In this document: positions 62,111-64,000 of the stretch, in pieces
How the letters are laid out: the number at the start of each line of letters is the position of its first letter
How positions within the stretch are numbered: position 1 is the first letter of the stretch
Origin: Octopus sinensis
Lineage: Eukaryota
Reading direction: 5' to 3'
Assembly (NCBI RefSeq): GCF_006345805.1
Contig: NC_043005.1
Coordinates: forward strand, 40,052,001 to 40,116,000
DNA: 64,000 bases
Translations under genes and position numbers: made by a program
The notes under the pieces: generated by a model
The model's database searches: none
What the model was told of the DNA's origin: nothing
The model's input: the letters and a program-made list of their open reading frames with translations, nothing else

Positions 62111-64000
62111 GCAGTCTGAAAGCACCGCCATCACTACTGTTTACGTCGAGGACCACCAACTTACCTTCCGGATCCAGGAAGGCTGTCCTTATTTTCAAGT
62201 CCAGGCCCTTCCGAAACAACACCGCAGTACCACCACCGCCAGCTCCTGGCCGACACGGAGATAGAAAGATCTCGTATCTGCCGAAAAGGGCTGCGAGTTC
62301 CTGCGGGTTGGAGAGCCTGGTTTCACTAATGGCTGCTACATCCACATCATGAAACCTCAGGTCGTTTAACAGGTGACCCTGTTTCCAAGGTGACCCGAGG
62401 CCTCTCACATTCAAGCAACCGATTCTAAGTTTTGCCATGTTTCAAAGGTGGGAAAAAAAATAATAGGAGAAAAAGGCTCTACTTACTGTTGTTGGTGGTG
62501 GGGGTGGCTCCCTTGTGCTTTTGCACGGGTGCTTCAATAATATTTTTACAAAGTTTCTTTGAGAAACTTTTCCCTAGCGATCCGACATTGTTAGGGAATA
62601 TTTGTTTTATGTCACTGTATGTTGTTGCGTTGATTTTGATTGTGAGAATGTGTGCTGGTGGTGTGTTGTGTGTTGGTATAACGAAATCTGTTATGTTTGT
62701 ACTTGTTTTGTCTTTTAGGTATGCAACGAGTTTTTCACTCTTTGTGTTTATTCCTGTAATTGTGTCTGTGTGTGTGTTGGTGTGTGTGGCAGTGGCAGAA
62801 GTGGTGTCGAAAATGTTGTTGTTGATGTTGGGAAGCACTATTTGTTTGTGCTTCCCTTGTGTGTCCTTTTGTTTTTTCCTCTTCTTCTTTGGAGGCATGT
62901 GTGCCATTCCGCTTTCTCAGTATCAGTGCTCGCACAATCCGAGCTGTCCTGATCCGGAAAGAGGATGGCTGTCGGATCCGCTTCATCAGCAGGGCGAAAG
63001 ATTGTTTGTTCTGCTGGTGGCGGTGGTGATGGTGACGGTGTTGGTGTTTCTTCTTGTTTTTTTACTGTCGATTTTCTAGGTGCTGGGGTTGGTGTTGGTT
63101 TGGTGGTTGTTGTTGGAGGCGGTGTCGTTCGTCATGTTGGTGGTGTGGCAGCTTTGGTGTTTTGTGCTGTTGTTGTTTCTGTTGTTATTTCTGTTGTTGT
63201 TGTTGCTGTTGTTGCTGCTGCCACCGCCTCTTGCCGTCTACCTCCATTCTTTTCTTGTAAATGGGGCAGTCTCTTTTTAGATGGCTTTCGCTGCTGCAGA
63301 GGTAACATTTTGGCTTTTGCCCCTCCACAGCAACGTGTAGCCTGGTGCCATCCGGCAAGTTAGCGGAATCTGGGATGGTATGAATATTTTCCTGTTGAAT
63401 CTGCACCAGGAGCAGCACTCCCATTCCTGACCAGTTCTTTTCCCTCACTCTCCGTACATCCAGAATAGTGGCAGTGTCCTCTATGTCATAGAGGACAGCT
63501 GCCACCAGCCATGATATATCAAGTTCGGCGGGGACGAGGTCGATTTTTATTTTCGTTACTCTCCACCCGAGGTGGGTTGGAACGAGTAACAAATTTTCGG
63601 TTTGCAAGGGCGAAATGGCATGCGCCCTTGCATCCTCCTCCATTCGGAAACGAACTTCTACGGTTCCAAAACGCTTCCCCTTGGTTACGTAGAACTTTTG
63701 GCCCCAAATGGGCTTCAGAGCTATTTCCAATTGTTTGGGTGTGACGTTTGTAATTTTTTTACATTTTTTGTCGAAAATTTTGTAGGTGATTGTTTTTTTA
63801 TTTGTTTCATCAATCACTTCTTGTGAAGTATTGAGGAAAATGCTATTGCCTTTCCTCAATAACACCTTTGCTTTTTTGATGTCTTGTATTGTGACTTTTA
63901 TTTCCTCCGAAACCTGCTTCGCAGCGGAGGCAAAACCGTTGGAATTTTCTTCACTTTTTTTTGTTCGTGCTTGTGTCTTGGACACAAAATTGCAAGAGGG
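62110..64000 (-). mobile_element. L1/Tx1-like LINE 5' part: ORF1 (63985 to ~62479, frameshifted) with CX2CX4HX4C knuckle, and ORF2 APE start (62438)
   Basis: CYLCSSESHLKRDC and MAKLRIGCLNVRGLG...VAAISETRL...GGGTAVLFRK...DPEGKLVVLDV. Confidence 0.9.

Noticed and set aside
62432-63363. Hydrophobic multi-TM-looking plus ORFs
   Set aside because: Antisense of the T/N/K/P-rich tail of the Tx1 ORF1.

Overview
AT-rich, repeat-dense eukaryotic DNA, most likely a coleoid cephalopod (Octopus-like). This is inferred from the tRNA-derived SINE families, the RTE-LINE 3' tails ending in (GAT)n, the microsatellites and the KRAB-less C2H2 zinc-finger style. The core is a cluster of four C2H2 zinc-finger genes, each with its whole CDS in one terminal exon, in alternating orientation: ZNF-A 12135-13730 (+, 17 fingers), ZNF-B 19342-20712 (-, 14 plus 1 broken), ZNF-C 29099-30517 (+, 15) and ZNF-D 41719-42963 (-, 14 plus relics). 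They share an intron end, a ~300-nt 5' UTR and an unnamed ~25-aa N-terminal leader; at least three also carry 3' UTRs made of decayed fingers. The left edge has the last exons of a single-pass membrane protein gene (+) facing a probable terminal exon on (-). The right part has a decayed RING exon followed by apparently intact small exons. The rest is mostly transposon debris: RTE, CR1-like, L1/Tx1, HERO, R4-like and CRE LINEs; an LTR-type pol; mariner/Tc1, Merlin, hAT, Helitron/Helentron; several MITE/foldback elements; and SINEs. All calls were made by eye without databases, and intron/exon and family assignments are inferences.
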